Shown: positions 27,150 through 40,191 of the stretch, one piece after another | Layout: each line of letters starts with the position of its first letter | Position numbering within the stretch: the stretch's first letter is position 1 | Origin: Octopus sinensis | Taxonomy: Eukaryota | NCBI RefSeq assembly: GCF_006345805.1 | Contig: NC_043002.1 | Coordinates: 19,654,001 to 19,718,000 of the forward strand | Reading direction: 5' to 3' | DNA: 64,000 bases | Program-made: the position numbers and the translations under genes | Notes under the pieces: generated by a model | The model's input: only the letters and a program-made list of their open reading frames with translations | Told to the model about the DNA's origin: nothing | Databases searched by the model: none

Positions 27150-27362
27150 TTCTACTCTAGGCATAAGGCCCCAAATTTTTTTTGGCTGGGGGAGTAGTCA
27201 ATTAGATCGACACCAGTTTGCAATTGGTACTTAATTTATCAATCCCGAAAGGATGAAAGGCAAAGTCAACCTTGGCGGAATTTGAACTCAGAACGTAAAG
27301 ACAGACGAAATACTGCTAAGCATTTTGCCCGGTGTGCTAACGTTTCTGCCAGCTCACCGCCT
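27150..27362 (-). mobile_element. Nin/Deu-domain SINE
   Basis: Full-length match to the family at 8645 and 53331, in reverse orientation. Confidence 0.85.
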
Positions 27363-27547
27363 TTTATAATAGTAATTATACTATGACAAAATGTTTCAGA
27401 AGTTCCTTTAGAATTAAAATTTTAAAATACCCCCTGAATCACAACTTATAAATCCACACAAATTCTTGAGTATTTTTCAAAATGAAATGAAATGCATAGG
27501 CGGTGTTGCTAGGAATATAATAATGAAAGGATTAAGGTGTGATATAC

Positions 27548-27946
27548 CTGTAATGGCCACTTTGTAGACAGCTCGGTACCTCTGGTCAGGACTGTCTCCA
27601 GGAATGTAATCTCCAAGACCGATGGTTGTGAGCGATATAAAACAGTAATAGAATCCATCCAGGTAGTTCCAGTTTGGTTCAAGGACTGAGAAAATGGCAG
27701 ACGGAATGAGGAAGAACAGTGTAATGATGATTATGCCAACAAGCATCAGGTGCAACATCCGGATGTGAAAGACACGATACAGGTGACCAAGTTTCTGTAG
27801 CATCCAGTGCAGCAACGCTGTGACTGGGATCATCAGTCGTTCAACTAATGCCGTGAACATGATGAGGGTCAAAGGGATGCCAATCAGAGCGTAGATTATA
27901 CAGAATCCTTTGCCAACATCTGACAGCGGAGTCACTCGACCATAAC
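27548..27946 (-). CDS. KCNK1: Two-pore-domain K+ channel (TWIK/KCNK1-like), coding exon 3 (end of P1, M2, M3, P2)
   Basis: Acceptor TTTTCAG and donor GTATAT; 399 nt, phase 1 to 1. Encodes GYGRVTPLS, YALIGIPLTL and WNYLDGFYYCFISLTTIGLGDYIPG. A GLG second filter is typical of the TWIK subfamily. Confidence 0.95.
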
Positions 27947-30125
27947 CTGAAAAGGTAAAAAAAAGAAAAGAAAATAACTTATACATCTAAGTATGTATGT
28001 ATAAAAGCGTGTGTGTGTTGTAATTGATTAGCTCCAGTTCAGTCCTGACTTAGCACACTTGTGATTGAATGTGCTCCAACCATGACTCTCCTACCTTTTA
28101 TTCCGACTTAGTGTATCTAACATATCATAATCCAGTGTTCGCTTCCTTTTTCAAGATGATAGGAAGTGATTTTAGGGAGATTTGACTGCTCTATCTAGCA
28201 CATCAAGCAACTTTGTAGAAGCTCCCATTTGCTTACTGCAGAGATGACAAAATGGTTAAGAATTTCAGTTAGCAATTAATAGATTCCAGGCTCAATCTTA
28301 CTCTTGGGAAGTATCTTCTAGCAGAGCCTTATACCAATCCAAGCCTTGTGAATGGTACGGGGACAGAGGTACTGAAGATCATCAAAAGAAGCCCAGCTTT
28401 GTCCCACACATTGTCAGTTTCATTCTACCTGAAGACTATGTCAAGAATACAAGTATCCTTAACCACTAACACTCATCATCATCATATATCATATGCTTTT
28501 TGCACTGGATTGATGACACTACATCAAAAGTCTTTCCAATTAAGCACAGGTTCGGTCTGATGAAGCCATAGCATCACTTTGTTCTGACTTTCTCATAGTG
28601 TTTTCTTTACAGAGATGTTGAAATGGTTTGCCATTACCTTCCGCAACTAGATGGCCGATAGTACACAAGGAGCTCAGGTTTTTAGTTCAGCTGGATTCAC
28701 AAGAGTAGCAAGCTATTCAAGTGGGGGATCCAGTTTAGTCACCAACCACCTGACTATGGAGCAGGTGGTACTGGTTTATATGGTACCAGTAGCAAGTCAC
28801 ATCAGACTGTGATGAGATCTCTGACTTAACAATAACCATTAACACAAAGATTCAATAAATTGATTAAATAATTGGAATACTTATTGCTGATGTCAACTTG
28901 AAATTTATTTAATTTAATTTGTAAGCATGTTTAAGTAAAAGAAAATGGATTTTCCATATTTAATGGTATATAAGACACAATTTTTTCCCTCAAAAATTCC
29001 ATAAAAATATCACCCCAGGTCCTGTATGCAAAGTAGTGTCTCTTTTTCTGAATACGTGTTACTGAAATTGGGGTATGTCTAATATGCCCATATGTCTTTT
29101 TTATGTCATCAAATATGGGTACATTACATATAGTCAAGTGTGGAGGCACGTAGCTTAGTGGTTAGGGTGTCAGCATCATGATCGTAAGATTGTGGTTTCG
29201 ATTCCTGGACCAGGCGATGCATTGTGTTCTTGAGCAAAACACTTCATTTCACATTGCTCCAGTCCACTGAGCTGGCAAAAATGAGTAAAGCTGCGATGGA
29301 CTGGCATCCTGTCCAGCTGGGGAACACATATGCCATTGAAACCGGGAAACTGGGCCCATGAGCTTGGCTAGGCTTTAAAAGAGCACATTTATTCTTCATA
29401 CATATAGTCAAGCACTAGGATGTTTATATGAACTGGTTTGTGACATTAGGGAAATACTGAATAACTATCCCCCTTGAGAGTAAACTTGTTTGTTACAGGT
29501 TTCCAAATAACAAGGTGAACTATCTTTCATGGAACTATGAATATTGTCAAGATAGCTGGGGAAACTGAGGTACATAGTCTTAAATGTGCTGTCAAAATAC
29601 TTAAATGAAACAATCTACAATGTATGTGAACCATGAATTAGTATAGTTCAATATCATATACACTCAGCTATGTCTTCTTTACATGTTACACATACACATA
29701 TATAGACATCAAGTCTTCCCAATTAAGCAGAGGTTCTCTTGTCAGATGAAATCATAGCATTACTTCGTTTTTACTTTTCCATAGTGTTTTCTTAACAGAG
29801 ATATTAGGGTGGTTCGTCACTGCCTTCTCCAGCTGGATGACCATTGGCCCACAAGGCAATACATTATTTACATGTAACTTTTCTTGTATGTTAACATTTG
29901 TACATCCATTTTACAATGCAATTAACTCAGTGATAACAGAGACCCTCTTTATTTGCTGCTCTACTTGCAGTATTATTCCTTATCTCACAGTGATTCCTAT
30001 ATGAAACTTTCCTTTCATATGAGAACAGAAATGCTCTCCTTTGTAGTCAAAAGCATCAGAAATTTTCATAATTTCTCCCAGGCATTTCAAGCCATAGTGA
30101 AAATGGGGTACTATCTTGATAACAT

Positions 30126-30520
30126 ACTCTTTTACTTGTTTCAGTCATTTGACTGTGGCCATGCTGGAGCACTGCCTTTAGTCGAGCAAATCGACCCTAG
30201 AACTTATTCTTTGTAAGCCTAGTACTTATTCTATCGGTCTCTTTTGCCGAACAGCTTAGTTACTGGGACATAAACACACCAGCAGTGGTTGTCAAGTGAT
30301 GTCGGGGGGACAAACATAGACACACAAACATACACACACACACACATACATATATATGACGGGCTTCTTTCAGTTTCCGTTTACCAAATCTACTGCCAAG
30401 ACTTTGGTCAGCCCGAGGCTATAGTAGAATACACTTGCCCAAGGTGCCACGCTGTGGGACTGAACCCAGAACCATGTGGTTGGTAAGCAAGCTACTTACC
30501 ACACAGCCACTCCTACGCCT
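30126..30520 (-). mobile_element. SINE family A copy
   Basis: Full head-to-tail match to 11366-11730. Confidence 0.85.
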
Positions 30521-31299
30521 ATTCATAAATTTTATATATGATACATAACAGTGACAACCACTGAGCCTTGTATCAGTCTTCTCATCACTAACCAAGCCCT
30601 GAACATTACTGTGTCAAGACCTAGTCCTCATAGGGCTGGCTACCTGGTTTGCACGGTGTATAAGTAACCAAGATCACAACATTTTTTTCTAAATGGGATG
30701 CCAGTCAATTGCAGGGTTACTCATTTACAGCTGAACATGAGAAATATTAAATGCTCAAGAACACAACATACCACCTGGTCCAGGAATCAAGACTATGATC
30801 TTGGGACTGTGAGTGCAACACCCTAACCACTAGTCCGCTTGCCTTCACTTAGTCATCCCACCCCGGCAAAGAAACAACAGACATATAAATTGTGATGAAT
30901 GACCATGGGATTGCACTTAGAAAGTTACCCTCCAAGGCACAAGTCCGGGCAAGGTTCTTTGTGGAAGGCCAACAGTCGCATATGCATACCAGCTTCCTCG
31001 CTCCACGCCACTGATGTTATCCAAGGGAAAGGTAAAGGCCGATACAGATTGGCACTTGTGATGTCACAACTCATTTCTACAGCTGAGTGAACTGGAGCAA
31101 CATGAAATAAAGTGTCTTGCTCAAGAACACAACACGCAGCCTGGTCCAGGAATCGAACTCACAACCTTACGATTGTAAGCTCGACGCTCTAACCACTGAG
31201 CCATGCTGATGATGATGAAGATGCTGATGATAATAATGGTGCTGTGGATACTCTGAAAAACTATATTCAAATAGGTAGACATGCATCAATAACACTTAC

Positions 31300-31443
31300 C
31301 TATGGTGGTAAGTACGGTAGTTGCAAAAAACAGTGACTGGCCAAAACTCCAGTTCGGTTCATAGATAGTGATGTTCTTTGCAGCAAAGACACCTCGGTTG
31401 GCAGCTGTCACTATGATGTTTATGAATCCTTCTAGTTCCTCCT
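31300..31443 (-). CDS. KCNK1: Two-pore-domain K+ channel (TWIK/KCNK1-like), coding exon 2 (cap helix and P1); not in the ORF track
   Basis: Acceptor TCTTTCCAG and donor GTAAGT; 144 nt, phase 1 to 1. Hand translation gives (E)EELEGFINIIVTAANRGVFAAKNITIYEPNWSFGQSLFFATTVLTTI(G). Confidence 0.93.
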
Positions 31444-31625
31444 CTGGAAAGATATTTAAAAAATCAGCAATTTAGACATTGTTAATAATCATTACAACTG
31501 GTAAACAGAAATCAATAAGCAAAAATAATAACAGCAATAACAACAACAACAACAATAATAATAATAATAATAATGATAATAATAATAATAATAATAATAA
31601 TAATAGTAATGATAATAATAATAAT

Positions 31626-33100
31626 TCACAAAACTGAGGCAGAACTGGACAGCCTAGTATAACCTGCTCAGATTTTCTCCAATGGTATTAAGATGGAGTT
31701 TGGACTCTCAAAATGTGCTATGATCGTGATGAGATGAGGAAAGTTTGCCAGGATAGAAGGCATAAGGTTGCCAAGTGGAGAAATGATGGAGGTAATTCAA
31801 CCTCAATCCAGTTATAAATACCTGGGAATACTTGAGGCAGATGGAATTAAACACACCGACATGAAGGAAAAGACAAAAAGAGAGTACCTGCAGTGAGTGA
31901 GAAAAATATTGGCTTCAAGGCTGAATGCCAGAAACATAATTTCGGCAATAAACTTGCATGCAAGCACAGTAGTTTGATATGGCACTGGGATCCGTAAGTG
32001 GACAGATGAGGAAGGAGCTAAAGGAGATAGACAGGAAGTCAAGAAAGCTCTTAATGATGCATGGAACTCATTATCCACATGCAGACACTGATCGCCTATA
32101 CATGAAGAGAGTAAATGGAGGAAGGGGACTGATAAGTGTGGAAGACTGCATGTATATTGAACTTGAGAGCTTAATGAAATACCTAGCTCAAAGTAAGGAA
32201 ACCTTACTAGTGACAGTTAGGAACGAAGGAGCATTGAGAGCAGAGAAAAAAGGGAAAACAAAGGACATGAAGAAGAATTACGCAAGAAGGGACTACACAG
32301 TCAATTTCATGTAGCCACAACTGAAGTTGCTGGAAAAAATAGGTGGGATTGGCTGATGAAAGGAACCTTAAAAAAAGAGGCTGAGAGCACTATACTGCAG
32401 TGCACCACCAAGTTCTGGCCATGAACTGTAAGGTCAACCTGAGGAATGAGCAAATGTCTCCACTGTGCCACATCTGCAATAGAGTGGATGAAACCATTGC
32501 CTATATCACGAACGAATGCCCTAAACTTGCTCAAAACCACTACAAGTAATAGTAACATGACCAGATAGTGAAAGTGCTACATTGGAAACTGTGCGAAAAG
32601 TGGGGGCTAGAGAGGGGAAAAATGTGGTATGAGCACAAACCACAGGGAATGGCAGAATTGGAGACTAGCAAATCCTCTGGAATTTTCCAATCCAAACAAA
32701 TCAGGTCCTAGAGCATAATAGACTGGACCTTGTGGTGGTGGACAAGGTGCACCACATATGCTATATAGTTGACGTTGCATGTCAAAAGATCGAGAGATAC
32801 AACCCTCTTAAGTATGAAAAGCCAGGCTATGGAAAATGAAGAAGGTGAAGATAGTGCCAATTATTGTTGGGTCCTTGGGGACAGTATCAGAAGGCATCAA
32901 GAGGGATATAAAAGAAATCAGAAAAGAGTGCACAGTAGAACTGTTACAAAAGGTTTGCCTCCTTGGCACAGCCAGAATAATCAGGAAAGTATTAGATAGC
33001 TGAAAAAAACAAATAGTATGGTACTGTAGGATGCAGGTAGTAAGCCTGCTATGCATGCAAGACTCCAGGATCTCCAATAAAACCTGTGATAAAGAGAAAA
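31626..33100 (+). mobile_element. 5'-truncated R4/Dong-clade (RLE) non-LTR retrotransposon, degenerate
   Basis: Remnants MEFGLSKCA, YKYLGILE and DRLYMKRVNGGRGL, a CCHC-like region and an NRLDLVVVDK (PD-like) endonuclease segment. (TAA)n flanks both sides. Confidence 0.75.
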
Positions 33101-33134
33101 AATAATAATAATAACAACAACAACAACAACAACA

Positions 33135-33722
33135 ACTGCCCTGATGCAGTACCAGACAGTGGCTTGCATAGCTTTTGATCGTAACAGTTTGGAAGTGCTA
33201 TTATGTATAGGTTATGTCTTGGTATGAAAGATGGGCTGCAGCAAATATTCTGCTCAATACTACAAATTTGCTTGTCAGTTGTTTGACCGTAACCAGTTGA
33301 GCATGTCCCTTAGTGGCTGACGATATGTGCATCTCTGATCACAAGCAGAAGTAGTGGGGGAGCATTTTAGCCATGTGTTGAGAGGAATTCTTTGGGGTTT
33401 GAATAATTCACCACTGGAAACAGGGGTGTTTCATTCAACATCCTTAAACAAACCTTATCCAGGGATCTTTTGAGTGACATGGGCTACTCAACCTGAAAGA
33501 AATTCTAACTGGATCACACCTGCAAGGTCATGTACTGTTTATCTTGATATGAGATCACTATGTCATGCACACATGGTTGTGATGCATGTGCCTGGTGTAC
33601 CCTTATCAGACAGGTAGTCAAGATGGGTATACTGGGCTTCGTATATTTTACCTCAGTATCACTTTGATGGCATGTACTGCTCTCTCACTCAATAATAATA
33701 ACAATAATGATGATGATGATAA
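33135..33722. mobile_element. Interspersed repeat with (AAT)n end, class unresolved
   Basis: The segment CATGTGCCTGGTGTAC..CTTATCAGAC..GGTAGTC..CACTTTGATGGCATG..CACTCAATAATAAT recurs at 57975-58125. Confidence 0.6.
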
Positions 33723-34185
33723 TTTCTTTATTATTGCCTCAAGAGCAATGAATGTTAAGACATTAGAAGGACTCCTTACAAATGCAGAGTGGGCTTAAAA
33801 GAAACTGAATAAAGAGAACCAAATATGTACCTATTTATCTGTATGTTACTGTGCATTTTGAGTCACCTTTAATATCATGGCCAAGGCAGGCCTTTCTGTT
33901 TGCCCTTTAGTCTTTATCAACCATTCTTTCTATATTTCTAATTTTTCTGTAACCTTTGCCATGTAGTTAGTGGAATGAGTTCATGTGTATTAAAAGTACT
34001 CCATTTGTCTATCGATATTGGATTTAAATACAAAATACGTAGAGATATTATTAAATATTGCTTGACCAGTAAAAATACCATTTAAATGTGTATTTTCACA
34101 TGTAAACTCAATCAATTGGTCCATATACTCACACACAGGTCTATTAAATTTAAATCTGGTTGACAATCATCCTCAACTACAAAGA

Positions 34186-34189
<4 letters not shown>

Positions 34190-34228
<39 letters not shown>

Positions 34229-34354
34229 GTGTGTGTGAGAGTGAGTGTGTAGATAGATAGATAGATAGGCAGATAGATAGATAGATAGATAGACAGACAG
34301 ATAGATAGATAGACAGACAGATAGAGAGATAGATAGACAGATAGACAGACAGAC

Positions 34355-34447
<93 letters not shown>

Positions 34448-34450
34448 TAC
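34190..34450. repeat. Compound (TG)n-(GATA)n-(GACA)n microsatellite
   Basis: Directly visible in the sequence. Confidence 0.95.
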
Positions 34451-35759
34451 ATACACATATACACATGTGTAGTACACTCACAAAATTAAGATTTTGCATG
34501 CATTAATATTATTTAAACAGTCTCATTTTTCATGTTGACATGAGTTGTATGAAATGTTTTGAGGCAGTTTTCTGAAGCTAGATGCTTTTTTTTAAGACCA
34601 ACCCCTACTTGTTTCCATGTAAGATACTTTATTCCAGTAATTTATTGCTCTAAGATATATAATATACAAAATAAGATTATATGTAGAAATATAGATAATC
34701 AGATAGATAAACCTACAGAGAGATATACAGACAGATAGAACTACTGTTTTATCTATCTGTTGGGTGGATAAAGAGACAGATGAATAGATAAATTGCCAGA
34801 TGTATATAACACGCAGCCAGGCACTTAGTCAAACATACAGACAGACAGACAAAGCTTTACAGATAGAACAAATTGAAAGTGTGTATATATGTAAGTAGGT
34901 AAATATGTAGGTAGGCAGGAAGGTACATAGGTAAGTATGTAAGTAGATAGGCAGGCACATATGTATGTACGCATGCTTGTGTGTGTGTGTGTGTGTGTGT
35001 GCGTGTATGTGTGTGTGTGCGTGCGTGCGTGTGTGTGCGTGTGCGTGCGTGTGTGTTGTCTCTTTTGATTAGAATTTATTTTAACAGGCCACCTGTTAAG
35101 TAGCAACGTAGTAAAGAAAAGGTATTTAAAATCCAAAAAATATAGTGTGTGTGTGTGTGTTGTGTATGTGTGTGTGTGTGCGTGTGTGTGTTTGTGTATT
35201 TATGTATGTATATATGTATGTACAGATGAAGTTTTACAAATCTTGTTGAAGATATAAAAGATTATCTGAAAAAGGATTAGAGACCAGTAAAAGTGGGAGT
35301 AAAGAGTATGAACGAAAACTGGCTAACCACAAATCTCTCTGAGAAGACCTAAATGTGTAAATGTGTATGAGAGGGAAGAGGGGGAAGATAATAAAATCAG
35401 ACTAAGGACTGCGGATTAGATGACGGATCACAGATAATTACATCTTAGAGTACTTTCAAGGGAGACACACAGTGACATCTGGTGAAAACTGGTAACAAAT
35501 AACTTTGACAGGAAAGATGAGTTTACAGAACTTTATAGTAAGAGAACAGTGGTGTTTTAGTACAAAAACATAGTGGCCTACATCTAATGCATTATGTTGG
35601 TGTTTCTAAGAGAATGGAGGTGAGGCTAAGAGGATTGAAAATGGAGCTGATAATTGTTTACCATCCTAGCATGAGTTGGATGGCTTGACTAGATTCCAGT
35701 CTGATTTGGTATGGTTTCTATGGCTAATGACAAAGCCCTTCCTATATACACACATTTTT

Positions 35760-35968
35760 TTACTCTAGGTACAAGGCCCGAAATATTTTGGGGAAGAGGC
35801 CAGTCGATTAGATCGACCCCAATATGCAAATAGTACTTAATTTATCGACCACGAATGGATGAAAGGCAAAGTCGACCTTGGCGGAATTTGAACTCAGAAC
35901 GTAGTGGCAGACGAAATACTGCTAAGCATTTCGCCCGGCGTGCTAACAAGTCTGCCAGCTCGCCGCCT
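35760..35968 (-). mobile_element. Nin/Deu-domain SINE
   Basis: Family motifs in reverse orientation. Confidence 0.85.
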
Positions 35969-35972
35969 ATTC

Positions 35973-36013
<41 letters not shown>

Positions 36014-36117
36014 TATTTATGTGTGTGTGTGTGTATTTCTGTACCCTTGTTTTCTTATCATGTGATGATTGTAAAATGAGCATCACTGCCATGCAAGGGA
36101 TGTTGCTCATTTCCAGT

Positions 36118-36422
36118 CATCATCATCATCATCATCATCATCATTTAGCGTCCGCTTTCCATGCTAGTATGGGTTGGACAGTTCAACTGGGGTCTGGGAA
36201 GCCAGAAGGCTGCACCAGGCCCAGTCTGATCTGGCAATGTTTCTACGGCTGGATGCCCTTCCTAACGCCAACCACTCCATGAGTGTAGTGGGTGCTTTTA
36301 ACGTGCCAGACGGGGCTGGCAAACAGCTACAGTCAGATGGTGCTTTTTACGTGCCACCGGCACAGGGGCCAGGTGAGGCTGGCAATGGCCACAATCGGAT
36401 GGTGCTTTTTACGTGCCACCAG
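36118..36422 (-). mobile_element. RTE-type LINE 3' UTR copy with three array cores
   Basis: (CAT)n tail, GGATGCCCTTCCTAACGCC and three GGTGCTTTT(T/A)ACGTGCCA units. Confidence 0.8.
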
Positions 36423-36691
36423 TCTCCTTTTAAAACCATGTTTGGCCATGTGGAAATATTAAAGGCATCTGGTGGTAGAAAATCTGCTTGAACAAATCTT
36501 GTCTAACCCATGCAACCTTTAAAAAAACGCATGTTAAAAAATAATCATAAATATATGATTATAAAGGAATCTCCACCCTGTGTAATCACTTGATCAGTTA
36601 GAAGTAGCAGTAAAATTTAAAGGAAAGTACACATTGTGTACTCTAGTTCTGGATTATTTTATTTTATTTATTTATTTTTTTTGTGTCACCT

Positions 36692-37104
36692 AGTGTAGGA
36701 GTGGCTGTGTGGTAAGTTGCTTGCTTATGAACCACATGATTCCAGGTTCAGTCCCACTGTGTGGCACCTTGGGCAAGTGTCTTCCACTATAGCCTTGGGC
36801 TGACCAAAACCTTGTGAGTGGATTTGGTAGACGGAAACTGAAAAGAAGCCCATTATATATATGTATATATGTGTGTGTGTGTGTGTGTGTATGTTTGTGT
36901 GTCTGTGTTTGTCATCCCCAACATCACTTGACAACCGATGCTGGTGTGTTTACGTCCTCATAACTTATCGGTTTGGCGAAAGAGACCAATAGAATAAGTA
37001 CTAGGCTTACAAAGAATAAGTCATGGTGTCGATTTGCTCGACTAAAGGCGGTGCTCCAGCATGGCCACAGTCAAATGACTGAAACAAGTAAAAGAGTAAA
37101 AGAA
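36692..37104 (+). mobile_element. SINE family A copy
   Basis: Runs from the GGAGTGGCTGTGTGGTAAG head to the AAAAGAGTAAAAGAAT tail. Confidence 0.85.
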
Positions 37105-37401
37105 TAGCCAAAGGAGGAAGTGTAGCACCATTGTGACCATTTTTAAGATCTCTGAGACTGGCAAAAAAAAGGAAGGAAGTTATATTCAGATTGAATATTT
37201 GGTTTGAATTCTTGCAACAGAGAGTACCCAAAGGCCAAGTGGTGGTGGTCTTAAACGGGGCAATGTATTAAGCCTATTATTTCAAAATACTGGTGTTTCT
37301 ACATGGTTTCTTTCTCCGCTAAAAATAGCAGGTAAACCTCCCTCAAATCACATCGCATTGTCTTAAACAATGGAACAGTCAAATTCAATAATACAGTCCT
37401 G

Positions 37402-37600
37402 AACAACAACAACAACAACAGCAGCAGCAGCAGCAGCAACAACAACAACAACATCATCATCATCATCATCATCATCACCACCACCACCACCACTACCATC
37501 ATCATCATCTGCTGCCACCACCACCACCACCACCACCACCACCACCACCACCACCACCACCACCACCACCACCACCACCACCACCACCACCACCACCACC
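37402..37600. repeat. Compound CAN trinucleotide repeat (CAA, CAG, CAT, CAC)
   Basis: Directly visible in the sequence. Confidence 0.95.
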
Positions 37601-38175
37601 TAAGAATGAAATATAACGGATGGATATAGACGAAGGGCATTTCATCATAGCTCTACTTTAATCAGGGTTGACCAATGGCTAAGTAACGCACATACACACA
37701 CTTGAAGCTAGAGACTTCCAGAACAGATGAATAAAGCTCGCTGGTCACAGCTGGACCAGGGACTCATTTGGCACTAAGAGATAACCATTGTACACCTACT
37801 AAAGAAATAAAAGGTAAACATAAGATAAGTGCTGTAATTGCGACAGGTTACCTTTGATTGTGATATTTTACCTTTTAATCAATAATGAAAAAGAATGTGG
37901 GAGGAAGATAGAATGGGATAAACCACGACATTTCGTTATTTGTTCTTAGCAGACAGTTCTTGCTTTTTTTTTCTTCTTCTTCTTCTTCTAATCTTCCTTG
38001 ATCTTTTATTGATCTTCTCCTCACACCCATGTTTCTTTCATATGAAGTAATATTTTTATCGATAACATTACAACTGTTGCTACTTAAGAACGTCCATTTC
38101 TTGTTCATCGAGCAGTTGTTCCACTCCCAACCCCTTTCACTCCACCACACCACCACCACCACCACTGTCATTGCT

Positions 38176-38965
38176 GTCATCATCTTTTAACATCTGTTTT
38201 CCATGCTGGCATGGGTTTGACAGGAGCTGTCCAGCCAGAAAGCTGCACCTGGCCCCAACTGTCTGTTCGGGCATGTTTCTGCAGCTGGATGCCCTTTCTA
38301 ATGCCAACCACTTAACAGAGTGTACTGGGTGTTCTCTATGTGACACTGGTACGGCTGCTTCTCTATGTGGCACTGGTAGGGCGGCAAGTTGGCAGAAACG
38401 TTAGCACGCCGGGCGAAATGCATTGCTGTATTTCGTCTACCGTTACGTTCTGAGTTCAAATTCCGCCGAGGTCGACTTTGCCTTTCATCCTTTCGGGGTC
38501 GATTAAATAAGTACCAGTTACGCACTGGGGTCGATATAATCAACTTAATCCGTTTGTCTGACCTTGTTTGTCCTCCCTGTGCTTAGCCCCTTATGGGTAG
38601 TAAAGAAATAGATATGGCTGCTTCATACATAATGCTGGCATGAGTGTTTTATATGTGGCACCAACATGGTTACTTTCACATAGCACTGGCACAGGTATTT
38701 CTATATGACTCTGGCATGCGTGCTTTTTATGTGACACTGAAACAAGCGCTTTTTACATGGCACCAGCATATGTGATCCTGAAAGTCAAGGTCTCTCAGCT
38801 GAGAGACAGAATGAGCGGTGGAGGGGGGGCATTATCATAAAGGACACGCCAGTATTAATGAATGGTCACAAGTTCACTTAGCTTGACATGTTTTCTCAAG
38901 CACAGCAAATCACTAGAAGTCTTGGTTCTTTGTCATCATTTCAGTAAGGCCCAACATCTGAAGAT
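38176..38965 (-). mobile_element. Older RTE-type 3' UTR copy with ~27-bp unit array, interrupted by a Nin/Deu SINE (38380-38610, +)
   Basis: (CAT)n and TTCCATGCTGGCATGGG tail and GCTGGATGCCCTT motif. Short TGCTTTTTATGTGACACTGGCA-like units lie on both sides of the SINE. Confidence 0.65.
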
Positions 38966-38977
38966 CCTTTTATATAT

Positions 38978-39029
<52 letters not shown>

Positions 39030-39549
39030 TGGTGCAGGAGTGGCTGTGTGGTAAGAAGCTAGTTTCCTAATAACATTGTTCCGGGGTCAGTCCCACAGCA
39101 TGGCACTTTGGCCAAGTGTCTTCTACTATAGCTTTAGGTCGACCAAAGCCTTGTGTGTGGGTTTGGTAGACAGAAACTGAAAGATGCCTGTCATATATAT
39201 ATATGTGTGTATGTATGTATTTGTTATTTCTGTCTGTGTTTTGTCCCCCCATCACTGTCCTGTTTTAGTCCCTAACTTTGACCCTCCATAGATTCCAAAT
39301 TTTATTTGGCTACTTATGGGGACAACTGACTTTGAAGACTCATATTGTCGTTCAATGCTCGAAATGAGGAGTAGACAGACAGCCGACAACTGATGAAGGG
39401 TCATTCTTTATGTTACTTGTCCTGTTTTTCATTTGTTTCTCTCATTGTTTGCATATTGAACTCCTTTATTTTCGTATTTCATGTTGTTCACTGTTGGTGA
39501 CATCCTGTACCCATATATATATATATATATATATATAAACATATATATA

Positions 39550-39875
39550 ATAATAATAATAATGAAATTATTGTATACAGTGCTCAGGTGCACCACAACT
39601 TGTCAGAAAGTGCATATAAAGTGTATGCAGTAATGTACAAATGTCTGGAAAGCAAAAAATGTATGAGTCAGATACATGCTTGTGTGTGTATGGAGGGGAG
39701 AAAATCAGGTGTAGTGTTGGCGAATCTCAGAAAGCATGGAAGTTTTGAAGGATGCAGTGCTCCGACAACTAACAACTGATGCCAGCAGTTTTGTTCCATG
39801 CTTCAGCAACTCTTAGCGTGAAAAAAATGTTTCCTAAAGTCATGGGAGCTGTGCTGTTTTCTGACTTTGTAAATA
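39550..39875 (-). mobile_element. CR1-like LINE 3' fragment
   Basis: Encodes FFTLRVAEAWNK, a CR1 ORF2 C-terminal motif. Same family as 43485-43945 and 60300-60507. Confidence 0.75.
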
Positions 39876-39894
39876 TATGCATATATATATTATT

Positions 39895-39956
<62 letters not shown>

Positions 39957-40191
39957 TTATAAATATATTTATTTCTTTATTGCCCACAGGGGGCTAAACA
40001 TAGAGGGGACAAACAAGGACAGACGAAGGGATCAAGTGCATAACTGGTACTTATTTAATCAACCCCGAAAGGATAAAAGGCAAAGTTGACCTAAGTGGAA
40101 TGTGAACTTAGAATGTAACAACAGACAAAATACTGCAAAGCATTTTGCTCAGCATGCTAATGTTTCTGCCAGCTTGCCTTATATATATATC

